IMG/VR virus record: IMGVR_UViG_3300011989_000257
Coordinates: 348,515 to 412,514 of that record
Length of the DNA: 64,000 nucleotides
Strand: one strand, 5' to 3'
DNA from: a virus
Taxonomy: Duplodnaviria; Caudoviricetes
The position numbers and the translations under genes were made by a program. The notes below the pieces were generated by a model, which made no database searches, was not told the origin of the DNA, and saw nothing but the letters and a program-made list of their open reading frames with translations. Positions 30,727 through 39,942 of the stretch are shown here, piece after piece. Position 1 is the first letter of the stretch, and each line of letters opens with the position of its first letter.

Positions 30727-30855
30727 TTAACGAATAATTCTTTTCTCAATTCTTCTACCACCAACACTTCCGTTATTAAGTGGGTTACTTGGTCTCTGTA
30801 CTGCTTGTTTACTTACAGTAGCTTGATTTTGTTTATTCTTACAACCGCATGCCAT
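30727..30855 (-). CDS. Small protein MACGCKNK... (42 aa)
   Basis: Hand-translated; N-terminus matches the MACNCK motif of 11351..11593. Confidence 0.55.
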   Translation of the reverse strand: MACGCKNKQNQATVSKQAVQRPSNPLNNGSVGGRRIEKRIIR

Positions 30856-30881
30856 GATATTATATATTTTTAATAACGTTA

Positions 30882-31331
30882 TTAATACTCAGAAAAATAA
30901 TCTTGCTCACTTGGTATGTCATCTCCGCTATAATCAATCTCAACATTCTTCTCTAAAGTCTGTTGAATGATTCCATTATCTTGGATTGGTAGACATTCAC
31001 CATCTTTACAAATAACAATCTCAACAACTTCAATCGTTGGATTATCTACAATTTCATCTGAGCCATCTGGCACATCATAAGAACTAGTTCTCATATCTTG
31101 TCGCATATATGGATTAGTTTCAACGACAAATTCTATTTGCGCTATTGCATCACCTTGCAAACTAACCTCTATATCGTTTTTCCCTTGATTAGCAATCAGT
31201 TGTTGCTGCACAAGACTTTGCGCAATTGATTGCAAGAGGAAATTTTCATCTTGTTCACGCAATACTCTCAGCACACTACGTTGAATGAGATTATGCAAAT
31301 CTGACTCAGTTAATCTAATTATTTTCTTCAT
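30882..31331 (-). CDS. LTE-leader family protein with acidic cargo
   Basis: MKKIIRLTESDLH...VLRE leader; ATATTTAT upstream at 31352-31359. Confidence 0.8.
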   Translation of the reverse strand: MKKIIRLTESDLHNLIQRSVLRVLREQDENFLLQSIAQSLVQQQLIANQGKNDIEVSLQGDAIAQIEFVVETNPYMRQDMRTSSYDVPDGSDEIVDNPTIEVVEIVICKDGECLPIQDNGIIQQTLEKNVEIDYSGDDIPSEQDYFSEY

Positions 31332-31379
31332 TTTAAATGTAATTTTCTAATATAAATATACAATAAAGTTAGAAAATAA

Positions 31380-31604
31380 TCAATAATTAACATTAATTTC
31401 TTTCAAAATTTGCTTGGTTAGGTCTTTTTCATAACACCAGCGTTTATAATTGGTTATTGGTTTAACCAATCCATACCTACTATAGAATTTATTATCTTCT
31501 TCATTGAACCAAACATGGGCTATTTTGCCGCTTGTTGTTAGAATCAATATTCTATCAATTTTGCTGTTTGGTTTCTCCTCTTTCAACGTTTTCCAAATGC
31601 TCAT
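31380..31604 (-). CDS. Hypothetical protein
   Basis: 74 aa; W...EEKP N-terminus reminiscent of DUF551-like proteins. Confidence 0.6.
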   Translation of the reverse strand: MSIWKTLKEEKPNSKIDRILILTTSGKIAHVWFNEEDNKFYSRYGLVKPITNYKRWCYEKDLTKQILKEINVNY

Positions 31605-31804
31605 TTTTGTTTATATTGTCCTATTTTACAACGGACATAACTATCAGTATCATGCCCATCAACTTTGCATCGACCATCATATCCAGTTCCAATATGAAAA
31701 TTCACTATTCCCATATTCTCGAAATGTACACAAGTGTAACATTCCCCATAATGTGAACAACATTTATTACTCATAATCCTAAATAATCTAAAATTGGATA
31801 ACAA
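31601..31804 (-). CDS. Small Cys-rich hypothetical protein
   Basis: CYTCVHF...GRC...C pattern; start may be MSNK. Confidence 0.55.
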   Translation of the reverse strand: MLSNFRLFRIMSNKCCSHYGECYTCVHFENMGIVNFHIGTGYDGRCKVDGHDTDSYVRCKIGQYKQK

Positions 31805-32193
31805 TTCTTTCTTATCTCTTCTCTCTCGTCATCAGTATACTTATCAGTCTGGGTTAATAGATAGTCAACCTCTTCCCTTGCATTCCTTGGGCAAGCGTTT
31901 TTAGTGTATCTGCCGCATTCCCAATCAATGACTGCTGCAAGCCAATCCACTTTATTCAAACCATAATGTCGTCCAGAAAATATATGGTGTTTATTATGGT
32001 GCTTATGCCACTTCTGAACCTTCTTATACTCTCCCCAGAATAGTTTCAGCCAAGGCTTCTCAATATCATGTAACAAGTACTTTGGCTTCCATACACCAAG
32101 ATTCCAAGCTACCCAGTTATATGCCAAGTAATGATTCCACCAATAAGGAAACGTACTTCTGTCCTTTTTGTCGAATTTTCTAAACTTTATCAT
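31771..32193 (-). CDS. HD-superfamily-like (DUF5662-like) protein
   Basis: H...LLHDIEK...HKHHNKHH...VIDW; start MIKFRK at 32193. Confidence 0.65.
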   Translation of the reverse strand: MIKFRKFDKKDRSTFPYWWNHYLAYNWVAWNLGVWKPKYLLHDIEKPWLKLFWGEYKKVQKWHKHHNKHHIFSGRHYGLNKVDWLAAVIDWECGRYTKNACPRNAREEVDYLLTQTDKYTDDEREEIRKNCYPILDYLGL

Positions 32194-32497
32194 ATCCTTC
32201 AATTTTATTGTCCTTGTTCTTACCAATGTGATAGCCATCGCAGAAAAGGCACTTGTAGAACGAGAAATGTGCCCCACGTTTCTTTGACATCGCCTCTGCT
32301 GCTTTTTTAGCACTCTCAATAGTGTTGTACGTAACCTTTTCTTTCCTAGTATGCTGATTAACGTGTGAGTTTATGGAAAATGCTCCCCAAGCGTTTCTAG
32401 TGATAAAAAAATTCGTAAACCACCTTTTTCTTTTAATTTGGTCAACTAGCCAAATTTTTAAATTTCTGTATTTAATTTTTTTTATATCTTTAAACAT
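32180..32497 (-). CDS. Putative zinc-finger protein
   Basis: YKCLFCDGYHIG. Confidence 0.65.
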   Translation of the reverse strand: MFKDIKKIKYRNLKIWLVDQIKRKRWFTNFFITRNAWGAFSINSHVNQHTRKEKVTYNTIESAKKAAEAMSKKRGAHFSFYKCLFCDGYHIGKNKDNKIEGYDKV

Positions 32498-33020
32498 AAC
32501 GATTAGGAGTTATATAACGTATATTCTTATGCATATTGGCAAACTTCAAAATCTTGTTTTTAATTGCTGAAATCTCATTAGTCTGATATAACGGAATATT
32601 GTATCTCTCGCATACAACTCTAACGTTATCAAACCTATAGAAATTTGGTTCACAAAATACTATTAATTTATGGTCTTTTGCAAATAATCCAATCTCCATT
32701 AATGATATTGGTGATTTTGAGTTAGCCAATATATTCATTATAATCAAACTAGCATCTTCCAAATGAGATAGTTCCCAATTAATCTGTTTATCAATCTCAC
32801 TATGGTCATCAGATGATGGCCACTCAGAACGTCTTGGGTTAAAAACTACGATAGGATGAACTGTGTCACAAGAACTCAGTTCACCTATCAATTCATCTTG
32901 CCAATTTATACTTTCCCCATTGTCTATAGTGCCTCCTAAAAACACTCTTAATGGCATAATATCATATGTTGTATCTTTGCCATTGCAGTCATTGGGTGTG
33001 AAAACTTTAATTTTATCCAT
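32490..33020 (-). CDS. Nucleoside 2-deoxyribosyltransferase-like protein
   Basis: VFLGGTI...WQ...FNPRR...QINWEL...SPISLMEIG. Confidence 0.8.
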   Translation of the reverse strand: MDKIKVFTPNDCNGKDTTYDIMPLRVFLGGTIDNGESINWQDELIGELSSCDTVHPIVVFNPRRSEWPSSDDHSEIDKQINWELSHLEDASLIIMNILANSKSPISLMEIGLFAKDHKLIVFCEPNFYRFDNVRVVCERYNIPLYQTNEISAIKNKILKFANMHKNIRYITPNRYV

Positions 33021-33026
33021 ACTACG

Positions 33027-33058
33027 CAAATATATAGAAAAAAATTAAAATAACCAAA
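33027..33058 (-). promoter_or_regulatory. sigmaA-type promoter (near-leaderless)
   Basis: TTTG-N20-TATATTTG, 6 nt from ATG. Confidence 0.75.
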
Positions 33059-33059
33059 T

Positions 33060-33743
33060 TTATTCTTCTTTTTTAGCGGAAATTAACACTTTATCTGCAA
33101 TACCCAAATCTACAGCCTCTTGCCCTATAAACCATCTATCTCTATCACAAAGTTTCTCGATTTCCTCAAATGAATGGTTAGTGTTTTCCGAAAGAATCTT
33201 ATAAATATCCTCTTGACATCTCAATGTTTGTTCCATTTCTATCTTAATATCAGCAGTATGTCCTTGGAAACCGCTAGAAACAGAATGTATCATAACTCTA
33301 CTATGAGGCAATACAAACCTTTTACCATTATCACCACAACTTAATAGTACTGCGCCCATAGATGCTGCCATACCAATGCAAGTGGTTGAAATTGGACAAT
33401 TAATATAATTCATAGTATCAATTAAACCAAGTCCAGAGATTACACTTCCTCCAGGACTATTCACATACATATTAATATCTCTATCATCTATTGAAGATAG
33501 ATAAAGCATCTGTGCAATTGCTGTATTGCATGTATCATCATTAACTGTTCCTGCGAAATAAATGATTCTATCATACATTAATCTTGAAAACACATCCATT
33601 TGTGTTACATTAAGTTGTCTTTCCTCAAGGATGAATGGTGTCATCATGTTATTTACCTTATTAATCTTATCATCAATAACTGATGGTGATGCATTCACTT
33701 TATCAATAGCAAAGTGCCTAAAATCTTTTGTAATATTTTCCAT
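33060..33743 (-). CDS. clpP: ATP-dependent Clp protease proteolytic subunit
   Basis: DVFSRL..DRII, YVNSPGG, GMAASMG (Ser), MIH (His), DRD (Asp). Confidence 0.95.
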   Translation of the reverse strand: MENITKDFRHFAIDKVNASPSVIDDKINKVNNMMTPFILEERQLNVTQMDVFSRLMYDRIIYFAGTVNDDTCNTAIAQMLYLSSIDDRDINMYVNSPGGSVISGLGLIDTMNYINCPISTTCIGMAASMGAVLLSCGDNGKRFVLPHSRVMIHSVSSGFQGHTADIKIEMEQTLRCQEDIYKILSENTNHSFEEIEKLCDRDRWFIGQEAVDLGIADKVLISAKKEE

Positions 33744-34039
33744 TATTTTGTATTTGTTAGATATTCATTAAGTAAATCTTCTGTAAACACTATAGCTTTC
33801 ACATTTTTGAAGCTAGCTCTAGTGAAACCCCAAAATTCTATATGTGTGTCATCTATCTCGATTGCAATACTATCTCCGCTTTTAACATATTTATCTATCC
33901 AAGGTGCTTTCTCATATACACTTTTGTGCAAGTTATCACTCCTTACAACAAGTTCGCTCTTCTTCTTAGCATTGTTCATAACAACAAGAACATCACCAGT
34001 TCTATCAAACTTGAAATCTTTTATATTAATCCACTCCAT
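33743..34039 (-). CDS. Hypothetical protein
   Basis: 98 aa, translationally coupled to neighbours. Confidence 0.65.
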   Translation of the reverse strand: MEWINIKDFKFDRTGDVLVVMNNAKKKSELVVRSDNLHKSVYEKAPWIDKYVKSGDSIAIEIDDTHIEFWGFTRASFKNVKAIVFTEDLLNEYLTNTK

Positions 34040-34586
34040 CGTTTACAATAGTTAAATCTTGTCTTTTGTGGTACTTAAGTTCTCTCATTATGAAATCAGT
34101 TATCACACTATATGCGCCATCAATAGGTAATGTTGTGTAATTGATTCCATTGTCATCTAGAACTCTTTTGACAGTTTTATCTACCTCCTTTGCTTCCTCT
34201 TCGGTTTGCATTCTACCTTCAATTTGGTACTCACTACCTCTCTCAAGTAGGAAATTAAAGTTGGCAAATTTGTTAAATTGCTCCATTATCAATGTGTGGA
34301 ATGCTTGTGAATTCTCCTTGTCATAGACGATTGATATTGGTAGAGGTGAATCTGTTATGATTACATCAACCTTATCTTTCAATCTCCATATCTTATGAAA
34401 CTGTTTGCCGAAGATATAAATCTGGTCATCCATTGTCTTAAATGATTCTTCCCATACCTTATCCTTTGCAAATTCAAGAGCCATTTCACAGTTGACTCCC
34501 ATTAGTTTAAGTTCAGCAAATATACGTGCTGCTGTGGTGCTTTTACCAACACCTGGTCCTGCAAATAAATTAATTACTATTGCCAT
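34026..34586 (-). CDS. P-loop nucleotide kinase (NadR/AAA_28-like)
   Basis: Walker A AGPGVGKST, EFAK, ITDSP. Confidence 0.8.
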   Translation of the reverse strand: MAIVINLFAGPGVGKSTTAARIFAELKLMGVNCEMALEFAKDKVWEESFKTMDDQIYIFGKQFHKIWRLKDKVDVIITDSPLPISIVYDKENSQAFHTLIMEQFNKFANFNFLLERGSEYQIEGRMQTEEEAKEVDKTVKRVLDDNGINYTTLPIDGAYSVITDFIMRELKYHKRQDLTIVNDGVD

Positions 34587-34589
34587 ATA

Positions 34590-34805
34590 TTAATTTAAAT
34601 TTAATTCGTCAAATCTAACGTGCTCACCAGTACGCATATACCAATTTTCCAAAGCAAACTCTATTCTTTGCCTCGTTATAGCATTGTCAACCTCTCCTTC
34701 AAACTGGCTTAATACCTCGTTTAATGTTTGTGGCTCATTCATTGGCATATATTTACCAAATACAATATTAATATTATTTTTTCTAGGTATTTTTAGTCTT
34801 GCCAT
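34590..34805 (-). CDS. Hypothetical protein
   Basis: 71 aa ORF in operon. Confidence 0.6.
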   Translation of the reverse strand: MARLKIPRKNNINIVFGKYMPMNEPQTLNEVLSQFEGEVDNAITRQRIEFALENWYMRTGEHVRFDELNLN

Positions 34806-35699
34806 TTATTTTCCCCTTTCCTTTGGATATTCGTAAACTTTATTCAGCTCCAAGAACTTTTTCCTAAGATACTTTGTTTCTCTCTTATCTCTTCCCAATA
34901 CAAATGCATATTTATGCTTGTTTGGAAATATAATCTTCTCAGCTTTCTTGAACATTTCCCTAGAGTATTCCCTAAGTTTCTGCTCAACATCATCTGGTAC
35001 ATTCTTCCATTCCATCCTACTTCTATCGTTCCAATCCTTATGCCATTCAATGCCAAGGTCTTTCGCATAAAGCTTATAGAAGCTACGAGAACGGAATGTC
35101 CTGTCAGAAATCAATGAATTGGGTTTATATGGATTGATACATTTTATTGTACCACCACTCTTTTGTCCTAGATAATAGAAATTAAGTGCTTGGTATATGC
35201 TACCCATTTCCTTTGCTTGTGGGTCACTGTAGCAAGTGAATATACGATACGGTGTGTTGTTCACCATCCACTTGATACACCACATTACGAACTTGCTTCC
35301 AAGATTGAAGGGACACCATGAGGCAGATGCGCCTCTTGTAATCAACGCTTCAATGTTTTCTGTACCTTCCCCTAAGAGTTTGGAAAAGGCATTTGGTGGA
35401 CTCATAATCACAACCCCACCAAGAATGCCTTTATATCTAGCTGTAAACCACTGCATAGGGAAACCATTAACTTCCTCAAGCCACTCGTATCTCTTTATGA
35501 AATCTATTGCCTCACGCTTTTCTTCCTTTGTAGTGATGTTATCAAATACGAAATCGTCTAATGAGATACTATCAATATCTTCTTGAGACCATCCGTATTT
35601 CTCCATATCCTCTTGTAATGTATCCAATCTCTTCTGATATTGGTAACACCAAGGTTTGTCATAATTTTTTATTTTATCAAGTAATTTAATATCACTCAT
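34806..35699 (-). CDS. mom: Mom-like (GNAT-fold) DNA adenine modification protein
   Basis: YSDPQAKEMGSIYQALNFYYLG motif characteristic of the Mu Mom family. Confidence 0.7.
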   Translation of the reverse strand: MSDIKLLDKIKNYDKPWCYQYQKRLDTLQEDMEKYGWSQEDIDSISLDDFVFDNITTKEEKREAIDFIKRYEWLEEVNGFPMQWFTARYKGILGGVVIMSPPNAFSKLLGEGTENIEALITRGASASWCPFNLGSKFVMWCIKWMVNNTPYRIFTCYSDPQAKEMGSIYQALNFYYLGQKSGGTIKCINPYKPNSLISDRTFRSRSFYKLYAKDLGIEWHKDWNDRSRMEWKNVPDDVEQKLREYSREMFKKAEKIIFPNKHKYAFVLGRDKRETKYLRKKFLELNKVYEYPKERGK

Positions 35700-36009
35700 T
35701 TTTCTTCCTAGCTATACCAATTCTACAATAGAATATATCATCTAGGCAATCATTATCCAATTTGATTACCCATACATTGAAACCATTCTTATCTAACTCT
35801 TCAAATAACTTTGCTAAATCGGTAAAATAATTATACCATTCTCCAGCTCCATTTAAGCCGCCACACAATGTAACTGTCTTAGTTCCATATTCGTCAACTT
35901 CACTCTCTAACACTGTGATTTTACTTTTTTCACCGTATAATGATTTAATAATTGGTTTAATATCCTTTACAATTTCTTGAAGGGCTTTCTCTTTTTCTTC
36001 TTTGTTCAT
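35692..36009 (-). CDS. Hypothetical protein
   Basis: 105 aa ORF. Confidence 0.65.
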   Translation of the reverse strand: MNKEEKEKALQEIVKDIKPIIKSLYGEKSKITVLESEVDEYGTKTVTLCGGLNGAGEWYNYFTDLAKLFEELDKNGFNVWVIKLDNDCLDDIFYCRIGIARKKNE

Positions 36010-36027
36010 ACTAATTCAAAATTATTA

Positions 36028-36052
36028 AAGGGGGATTGTTTGAATCCCCTTG
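36028..36052 (-). terminator. Hairpin/terminator
   Basis: ggggatt...aatcccc inverted repeat. Confidence 0.55.
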
Positions 36053-36056
36053 TTAT

Positions 36057-36761
36057 TTAATCATTGGTAATCTTCTTACCAATCTCGGCCTCATAGTCGG
36101 CTGTGTTCTTAGTAGCTGCTTCATCAAGGGTTGCGCAGAACAATGCGCTAGTATCTGCTAGTGACGCACTAGTCTTAGCCATTGACCTATATGCTGTAGT
36201 TGCACAACTAATAATGTCGTAATTATTAGCGAACTTCTTTCTAGAGCCATAAGTCTTGAACTTGAATCCAAGGTCATCTGCTGCCTTTGATGTGGTAATG
36301 TCAGTACCCATGTAAATAAACTCCCAAGAATACTTGTCAGTCTGCTCCTTAATCTTATCTTGAACTTGCTTAAGAGTATATTCCTTTGATGCATTCTCCA
36401 TGCCATCGGTCATGACAACTACAAGCGTCTTACCTGGAAGTTCTGCACCACTCTTATCCTTTTCATAAAGCCACTCCCCAACTTTGTCAATTGCAGTACC
36501 AATACCATCATTCATGGCAGTCATGCCATCTGGCGAATAATGGAATTTTGCAATATCGTTAATGTCTACTCCAAGGTATTCTTGGTTTACCTTTTCATTG
36601 AATGTGAAAAGTGATACTGTAACCTTACCATCCTTATCTTTCTTTTGCTCCTCGATGGTCTTATCAAAACCACCTACAACATCTTCTCTTGAAGAGTACA
36701 TACTTCCAGATTTGTCGATGACAAATACAAGATTAATCCAATTTTTGTTAAGATTGCTCAT
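36057..36761 (-). CDS. von Willebrand factor A domain protein
   Basis: MIDAS DKSGSM, GMTAMND, VMTDGMEN. Confidence 0.9.
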   Translation of the reverse strand: MSNLNKNWINLVFVIDKSGSMYSSREDVVGGFDKTIEEQKKDKDGKVTVSLFTFNEKVNQEYLGVDINDIAKFHYSPDGMTAMNDGIGTAIDKVGEWLYEKDKSGAELPGKTLVVVMTDGMENASKEYTLKQVQDKIKEQTDKYSWEFIYMGTDITTSKAADDLGFKFKTYGSRKKFANNYDIISCATTAYRSMAKTSASLADTSALFCATLDEAATKNTADYEAEIGKKITND

Positions 36762-36762
36762 T

Positions 36763-36984
36763 TTATTTCAAATTTTTTAATTCATTATTAGGTTCATATA
36801 TGATTTGCATTTCTCCATTGCTATCAACTGCGATATTAGCATTGTCAATAGCTGCAAATGTCTTTTTTCTCATTTCCTCATCTGCCATGAGTTTAGGATA
36901 CTCCTTGAGCATCGTTTGTTTGGCTTTCAGCCTGAGCTGCTCGCTCTTCTTCCTCATTTGTCTTGCGTAAGAACTTTTAGTCAT
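36763..36984 (-). CDS. Hypothetical protein
   Basis: 73 aa ORF in operon. Confidence 0.6.
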   Translation of the reverse strand: MTKSSYARQMRKKSEQLRLKAKQTMLKEYPKLMADEEMRKKTFAAIDNANIAVDSNGEMQIIYEPNNELKNLK

Positions 36985-37141
36985 CGTAAATTGCTATCCA
37001 ATCCCTTATTTTCTTCTCATCTATATCACCCACTATGAGGTCAAGACCGTACCAAGGTTCTCCACTCCATAGGTACATTCCACTCCTCTTGCATAAAGCT
37101 ACATATTCATCAATGAACTCTTCTTTCTGTCTCCTATCCAT
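36977..37141 (-). CDS. Small hypothetical protein (54 aa)
   Basis: Hand-translated MDRRQKEEFIDEYVALC...; overlaps both neighbours by 8 nt. Confidence 0.6.
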   Translation of the reverse strand: MDRRQKEEFIDEYVALCKRSGMYLWSGEPWYGLDLIVGDIDEKKIRDWIAIYDD

Positions 37142-37610
37142 TATTCCTCTTCTTAGCAGCTCTTTCCTCAGCCTTCCTTAGTTTCTCCTCTTCCTTACGT
37201 CTGCGTTCCTCATCCTCAATTTGTTCCATTACGACATATGAGGCTTCCATAATGTCAGTATAGTTATCATACTTTCTGCGCATTCTGAATATTTCTTTTG
37301 CAATATCACCTTCAACATTGAGCTTATCCTTTTCAGTATCATAAGAAATATTACTGATAGCACCCTCCATGAGTTTTTCTTTGTACTCATCAGATAGTCT
37401 ATCAAATGCCTCTTCATAAATGATTAGGAATGCATCTTTTTTAGTGAGATAATTAATAGTAGCCCCTGCCTTTGATGCTTTTAAAACGTTTCTCGCTTTT
37501 GTTACTGACAATAGTTTTAAGTCAATACCCATTTGTGCTAAACCAGTTTCTTCCCATTTAACTTGGGCTAATTCAGCAATGTCTGCTGATGTTTCAAAAA
37601 ATTTTGCCAT
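37134..37610 (-). CDS. Hypothetical protein, phage metallopeptidase-like fold possible
   Basis: DAFLIIYEEAFDRLSDEYKEKLME segment resembles phage metallopeptidases but HExxH is absent. Confidence 0.5.
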   Translation of the reverse strand: MAKFFETSADIAELAQVKWEETGLAQMGIDLKLLSVTKARNVLKASKAGATINYLTKKDAFLIIYEEAFDRLSDEYKEKLMEGAISNISYDTEKDKLNVEGDIAKEIFRMRRKYDNYTDIMEASYVVMEQIEDEERRRKEEEKLRKAEERAAKKRNNG

Positions 37611-37640
37611 ATTTCTCTATTATATTTTTTGTTATGTTAT

Positions 37641-37799
37641 TCATTTTATCCTTTCCACAAGTTTCATTTCATAGATTGTATATCCATCCTTGAACAAACT
37701 AGGGCTGTTAATAACTATATTTTTCATTCCAAGCAAGTCATTGCCTTCCGCAATAGTTACTTCACTTCCGTTTTCAATTCTCTTCAAAACGTACTTCAT
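37641..37799 (-). CDS. Small hypothetical protein (52 aa)
   Basis: Hand-translated MKYVLKRIENGSEVTIAEG... Confidence 0.55.
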   Translation of the reverse strand: MKYVLKRIENGSEVTIAEGNDLLGMKNIVINSPSLFKDGYTIYEMKLVERIK

Positions 37800-37801
37800 A
37801 A

Positions 37802-38050
37802 TTACCTATATAAATGTTCTTTTTCTTCAATAACTTCGCTTATCTTATAGGAGTCCAAAAAGTATTTGGTGGTGATGGTATCACTAGTGCCACCTGGTTT
37901 GAATATAGTCCTATAATCTTCGTAGGATTTATTTTCATCAACAAAAGTTTTGGCTTCTTCCAACGTATCAAACTCACCACATTTACTGCCACGTCCTGGC
38001 TCGTATGGGTCATATATATACGTCATTTCAACTCTATATTTTTTACTCAT
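37802..38050 (-). CDS. Hypothetical protein
   Basis: GEFDTLEEAK motif common in small phage proteins. Confidence 0.65.
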   Translation of the reverse strand: MSKKYRVEMTYIYDPYEPGRGSKCGEFDTLEEAKTFVDENKSYEDYRTIFKPGGTSDTITTKYFLDSYKISEVIEEKEHLYR

Positions 38051-38232
38051 AATAACTCTTTAATTGGTAAATTAACTATACTTGCATTAAGCCTCTTTTC
38101 TCCTCCCTTATTGTTATATATGTCACCGTCACGTATTCGTACAATGGTACATATATCTCCTTTCTCTATACTATACAAGTAATACTCTTTTCCTTTATAT
38201 TGTACTATGCTTCCAACAATTAAGTCTTTCAT
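38047..38232 (-). CDS. Hypothetical protein
   Basis: 61 aa; promoter immediately upstream. Confidence 0.6.
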   Translation of the reverse strand: MKDLIVGSIVQYKGKEYYLYSIEKGDICTIVRIRDGDIYNNKGGEKRLNASIVNLPIKELL

Positions 38233-38236
38233 AATG

Positions 38237-38268
38237 CAAAGATATGTAAAAAAAGTTAAAATTCCAAA
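38237..38268 (-). promoter_or_regulatory. sigmaA-type promoter (leaderless)
   Basis: TTTG-N20-TATCTTTG-CATT-ATG. Confidence 0.8.
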
Positions 38269-38316
38269 TATTTATTTATTTAAATTAAAAAAAAAGTTAA
38301 TTTTTAAAGGAAAAAT

Positions 38317-38658
38317 ATGAATACAAAGGAAACAATGAATATATTAAATCATTTACTCGTAAATGATAAATTGACAACAGATGAAAGATATGCAATTAAC
38401 GAAGCTTGCAGTTATATATCACAATTAGAATATAACAATAATGAACAAACAGATTTTCAAGGTTGGCCACTTGAAAAACTCACAATGAAAGAACTTAGAA
38501 AATTCGTTAGAGATAATTGTGCATTAGATGACAATGTTAAATTACGCATATTGCAAGATGATGGAATGGGATACGGTGCTAATAATGGTTATTGTACTGA
38601 CATCAGCATTTATGAAGATACGGATAATAACAATAAAGAAGTTCAATTTTGGTTTTAA
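38317..38658 (+). CDS. Hypothetical protein
   Basis: 113 aa ORF. Confidence 0.7.
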   Translation: MNTKETMNILNHLLVNDKLTTDERYAINEACSYISQLEYNNNEQTDFQGWPLEKLTMKELRKFVRDNCALDDNVKLRILQDDGMGYGANNGYCTDISIYEDTDNNNKEVQFWF

Positions 38659-39354
38659 ATGTCACGTAGGAACAAGAAAAGAATATACAGCATCATATTG
38701 ATTAATCACGGAAAACAGCTTCAAACAATATATTCAGATACAACAGAGGAAAAAATATATAAAAAATTTAAAAAATTATTGGAAGAAAACAAAAAAGTAA
38801 TGTTTCCAATTAAATATAATAACCATAAGCATGTTATGATTGAATCTGAATATGAACTTGTTATCATCAAATGTAGGGATGAATTTGAAAGTATGGTTAA
38901 TAAAGTAAGAACTAATACTGGGGAATTCGCTGATTATATTACAACAGATGAAGATTGGATTGTTATTGACCGTGCACCATACGATATTGAAGAAACATTT
39001 TGGGTATATGGTTATCACCCAAGAATACAGAGAAAAAATTTTAAATGGATATTCGATACATTTATCACCAAAGATGCTAAAAACAAATATATGTTCAAAA
39101 CCGTACATATATATAAAAACAAATTATTAATAGATTGCAACGGTAAACTTGAAATGGTAATATGTAAAAATAAACAAGATGGTATTAGGCTATACAATAA
39201 AGTTGAATCAGAATCTATAAAGAAGAAATATAAGTATATTGCTTTTATGGGAGATGTAAGTAAAAGCAAATATAATAAACAATGGATTGACAGAATACAA
39301 CAAATGACTAATTGGACTAGGGAGAAAGTTATGAGGGACAATACAAGGCCATAA
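38659..39354 (+). CDS. Hypothetical basic protein
   Basis: 231 aa; starts immediately after the upstream stop. Confidence 0.75.
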   Translation: MSRRNKKRIYSIILINHGKQLQTIYSDTTEEKIYKKFKKLLEENKKVMFPIKYNNHKHVMIESEYELVIIKCRDEFESMVNKVRTNTGEFADYITTDEDWIVIDRAPYDIEETFWVYGYHPRIQRKNFKWIFDTFITKDAKNKYMFKTVHIYKNKLLIDCNGKLEMVICKNKQDGIRLYNKVESESIKKKYKYIAFMGDVSKSKYNKQWIDRIQQMTNWTREKVMRDNTRP

Positions 39355-39357
39355 AAC

Positions 39358-39390
39358 AAAAAGAGTGGTGTGTCGAACCTCACTCTTTTT
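39358..39390. terminator. Bidirectional terminator
   Basis: aaaaagagtg...cactcttttt between convergent genes. Confidence 0.75.
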
Positions 39391-39940
39391 AATTAAATGG
39401 CGTTTCAAAATCCTTAAATAATGGATGTTTCGTATCTTTCTCAGATAATACTGCTTTATCCGTAGGTATTTTCCAGTCTATTCCAAGTGATTCATCAAGT
39501 ATATTTATACCCCCATCACATTCAGGATGGTAGAAGTTATCACACTTATACTGAAATATAGCAATATCACTCAATACTGAGAAACCGTGCGCAAATCCCT
39601 TCGGTATGAATAATTGTCTATGGTTATCTTCTGTAAGTTCTACTGATACGTGATTTCCATATGTAGGACTATCCTTCCTCAAATCTACTGCAACGTCTAA
39701 TACAGCCCCTCTGACACATCTAACAAGTTTTGCTTGGGTATATGGTGGTTTCTGAAAATGAAGCCCTCTCATAACTCCATATGAGGATTTTGATTCATTG
39801 TCTTGAACGAAGTCAACAAACCCTACCTTGTCCACGAACTCAAGGTCATTGTATGATTCGAAGAAATATCCCCTTGAATCCTCAAATATCCTAGGTTCTA
39901 TAATATATACGCCATTAATATTAGTTTTTATTACATTCAT
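39389..39940 (-). CDS. rfbC: dTDP-4-dehydrorhamnose 3,5-epimerase
   Basis: DSRGYFFE, VQDNES.S..GVMRGLHFQ, DVAVDLR..SPTYG, IPKGFAHGF, YKCD. Confidence 0.95.
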   Translation of the reverse strand: MNVIKTNINGVYIIEPRIFEDSRGYFFESYNDLEFVDKVGFVDFVQDNESKSSYGVMRGLHFQKPPYTQAKLVRCVRGAVLDVAVDLRKDSPTYGNHVSVELTEDNHRQLFIPKGFAHGFSVLSDIAIFQYKCDNFYHPECDGGINILDESLGIDWKIPTDKAVLSEKDTKHPLFKDFETPFN

Positions 39941-39942
39941 AA

